Source of the DNA: Chiloscyllium plagiosum
Taxonomy: Eukaryota
Assembly (NCBI RefSeq): GCF_004010195.1
Contig: NC_057719.1
Span: 95,745,477-95,765,476 of the forward strand
DNA: 20,000 nucleotides
Reading direction: 5' to 3'
A program made the translations under genes and the position numbers. Below, in pieces: positions 19,147 to 20,000 of the stretch (position 1 is its first letter; each line of letters opens with the position of its first letter). The notes beneath the pieces are model-generated. The model did no database searches, had not been told where the DNA came from, and saw nothing but the letters and a program-made list of their open reading frames with translations.

Positions 19147-20000
19147 AACCAGGAACACTACAGGCAACTACCAGCTGATCCAACCAAAGAACACACCCGT
19201 GAATTAAACACACTGATCAGAACTTTGGATCCAGTCCTTCAGAGTTCCCGACGCGCCCTCATCACAAGTAATTCTCGTATAGGCGACTTCTACTGCCTTC
19301 CACAGGTACACAAAGCCAACACACCGGGACGTCCCATCGTATCGGGCAATGGGACCCCACGTGAGAATCTCTCTGGCTATGTGGAAGGCATCTTGAAACC
19401 TATTGTACAGGGGATCCCCAGCTTCTGTCATGACACTACGGGTTTCTTACAGAAACTCAGCACCCACGGACCAGTCGAACCGGGAACATTCCTCGTCACA
19501 ATGGATGGTTCCACACTCTACACCAGCATCCCCCACAATGATGGCATCACGGCAACAGCCTCAGTACTCAACACCAACAACTGCCAGTCTCCAAACACCA
19601 TCCTACAACTCATCCGCTTTATCCTTGATCACAATGTCTTCACCTTTGACAACCAGTTCTTCATCCAGACACACAGAACAGCCATGGGGACCAAATTTGC
19701 ACCCCAATATGCCAACATTTTTATGCACAGATTCGAACAAGACTTCTTCTCTATGCAGGATCTCCAACCAACATTATACACCAGGTACATTGACAACATT
19801 TTCTTCCTCTGAACCCATGGCGAGGAGTAACTGATAAAACTACACAGTGACATCAACAAGTTTCATCCCACCATCAAACTCACCTTGGACTACTCTCGAC
19901 TATCCGTCACATTCTTGGACACGTGCGTCTCCATCAAGGATGGACACCTCAGCACCACACTCTACTACAAACCCACAGACAACCTCAGAATGCTACACTT
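19147..20000 (+). pseudogene. PLE reverse transcriptase (5'-truncated, inactivated; continues past window end)
   Basis: FYCLPQVHKANTPGRPIVS, LVTMDGSTLYTSI, QTHRTAMGTKFAPQYANIFM, RYIDNIF (YIDD changed to YIDN, 19786-19797); stops at 19810-19812 and 19828-19830, then INKFHPTIKLT...FLD...YYKPTD. Confidence 0.92.

Noticed and set aside
19123..19812. 229-aa ORF as an active or domesticated reverse transcriptase
   Set aside because: Catalytic YIDD is YIDN, GTAMG is RTAMG, stops follow immediately, and the ATG comes from the junction with the inverted copy.
19306..19860. 549-bp deletion in the inverted PLE copy as a spliced GT-AG intron
   Set aside because: Splicing CAG|GTACA...AAG|TTT would give CACAGTTT, but the observed junction is CACAGGTACAGTTT.
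1..20000. CRISPR array, retron or other prokaryotic RT system
   Set aside because: No regularly spaced repeats or operon structure; all RT fragments belong to eukaryotic LINE, Gypsy or PLE classes.

Overview
Repeat-saturated vertebrate genomic DNA. The repeat families point to a cartilaginous fish (shark): HE1/V-SINEs, CR1 LINEs, a second CR1/L2-group LINE with a partner tRNA-SINE, a decayed Gypsy LTR retrotransposon (about 12.98-17.36 kb) and many Penelope-like element (PLE) pieces. There is no intact protein-coding gene. Nearly all ORFs in the track are fragments of decayed retroelements or noise; two or three minus-strand exon candidates of an unidentified host gene remain (11278-11378, 4258-4402, weakly 3568-3663). 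The most notable signal is a set of about 12 PLE 3'-terminal segments from about four sequence families, most carrying a minimal hammerhead-ribozyme motif (CTGANGA-stem II-GAAA-palindromic stem III-NUH). Several are 80-230 bp mini-insertions with 12-16 bp target-site duplications. The same architecture (an inverted, tail-less copy followed by a direct copy) recurs at three scales: 24 bp, 97 bp and about 1.6 kb. Family assignments come from motif recognition by eye, not database searches, and boundaries of old repeats are approximate.
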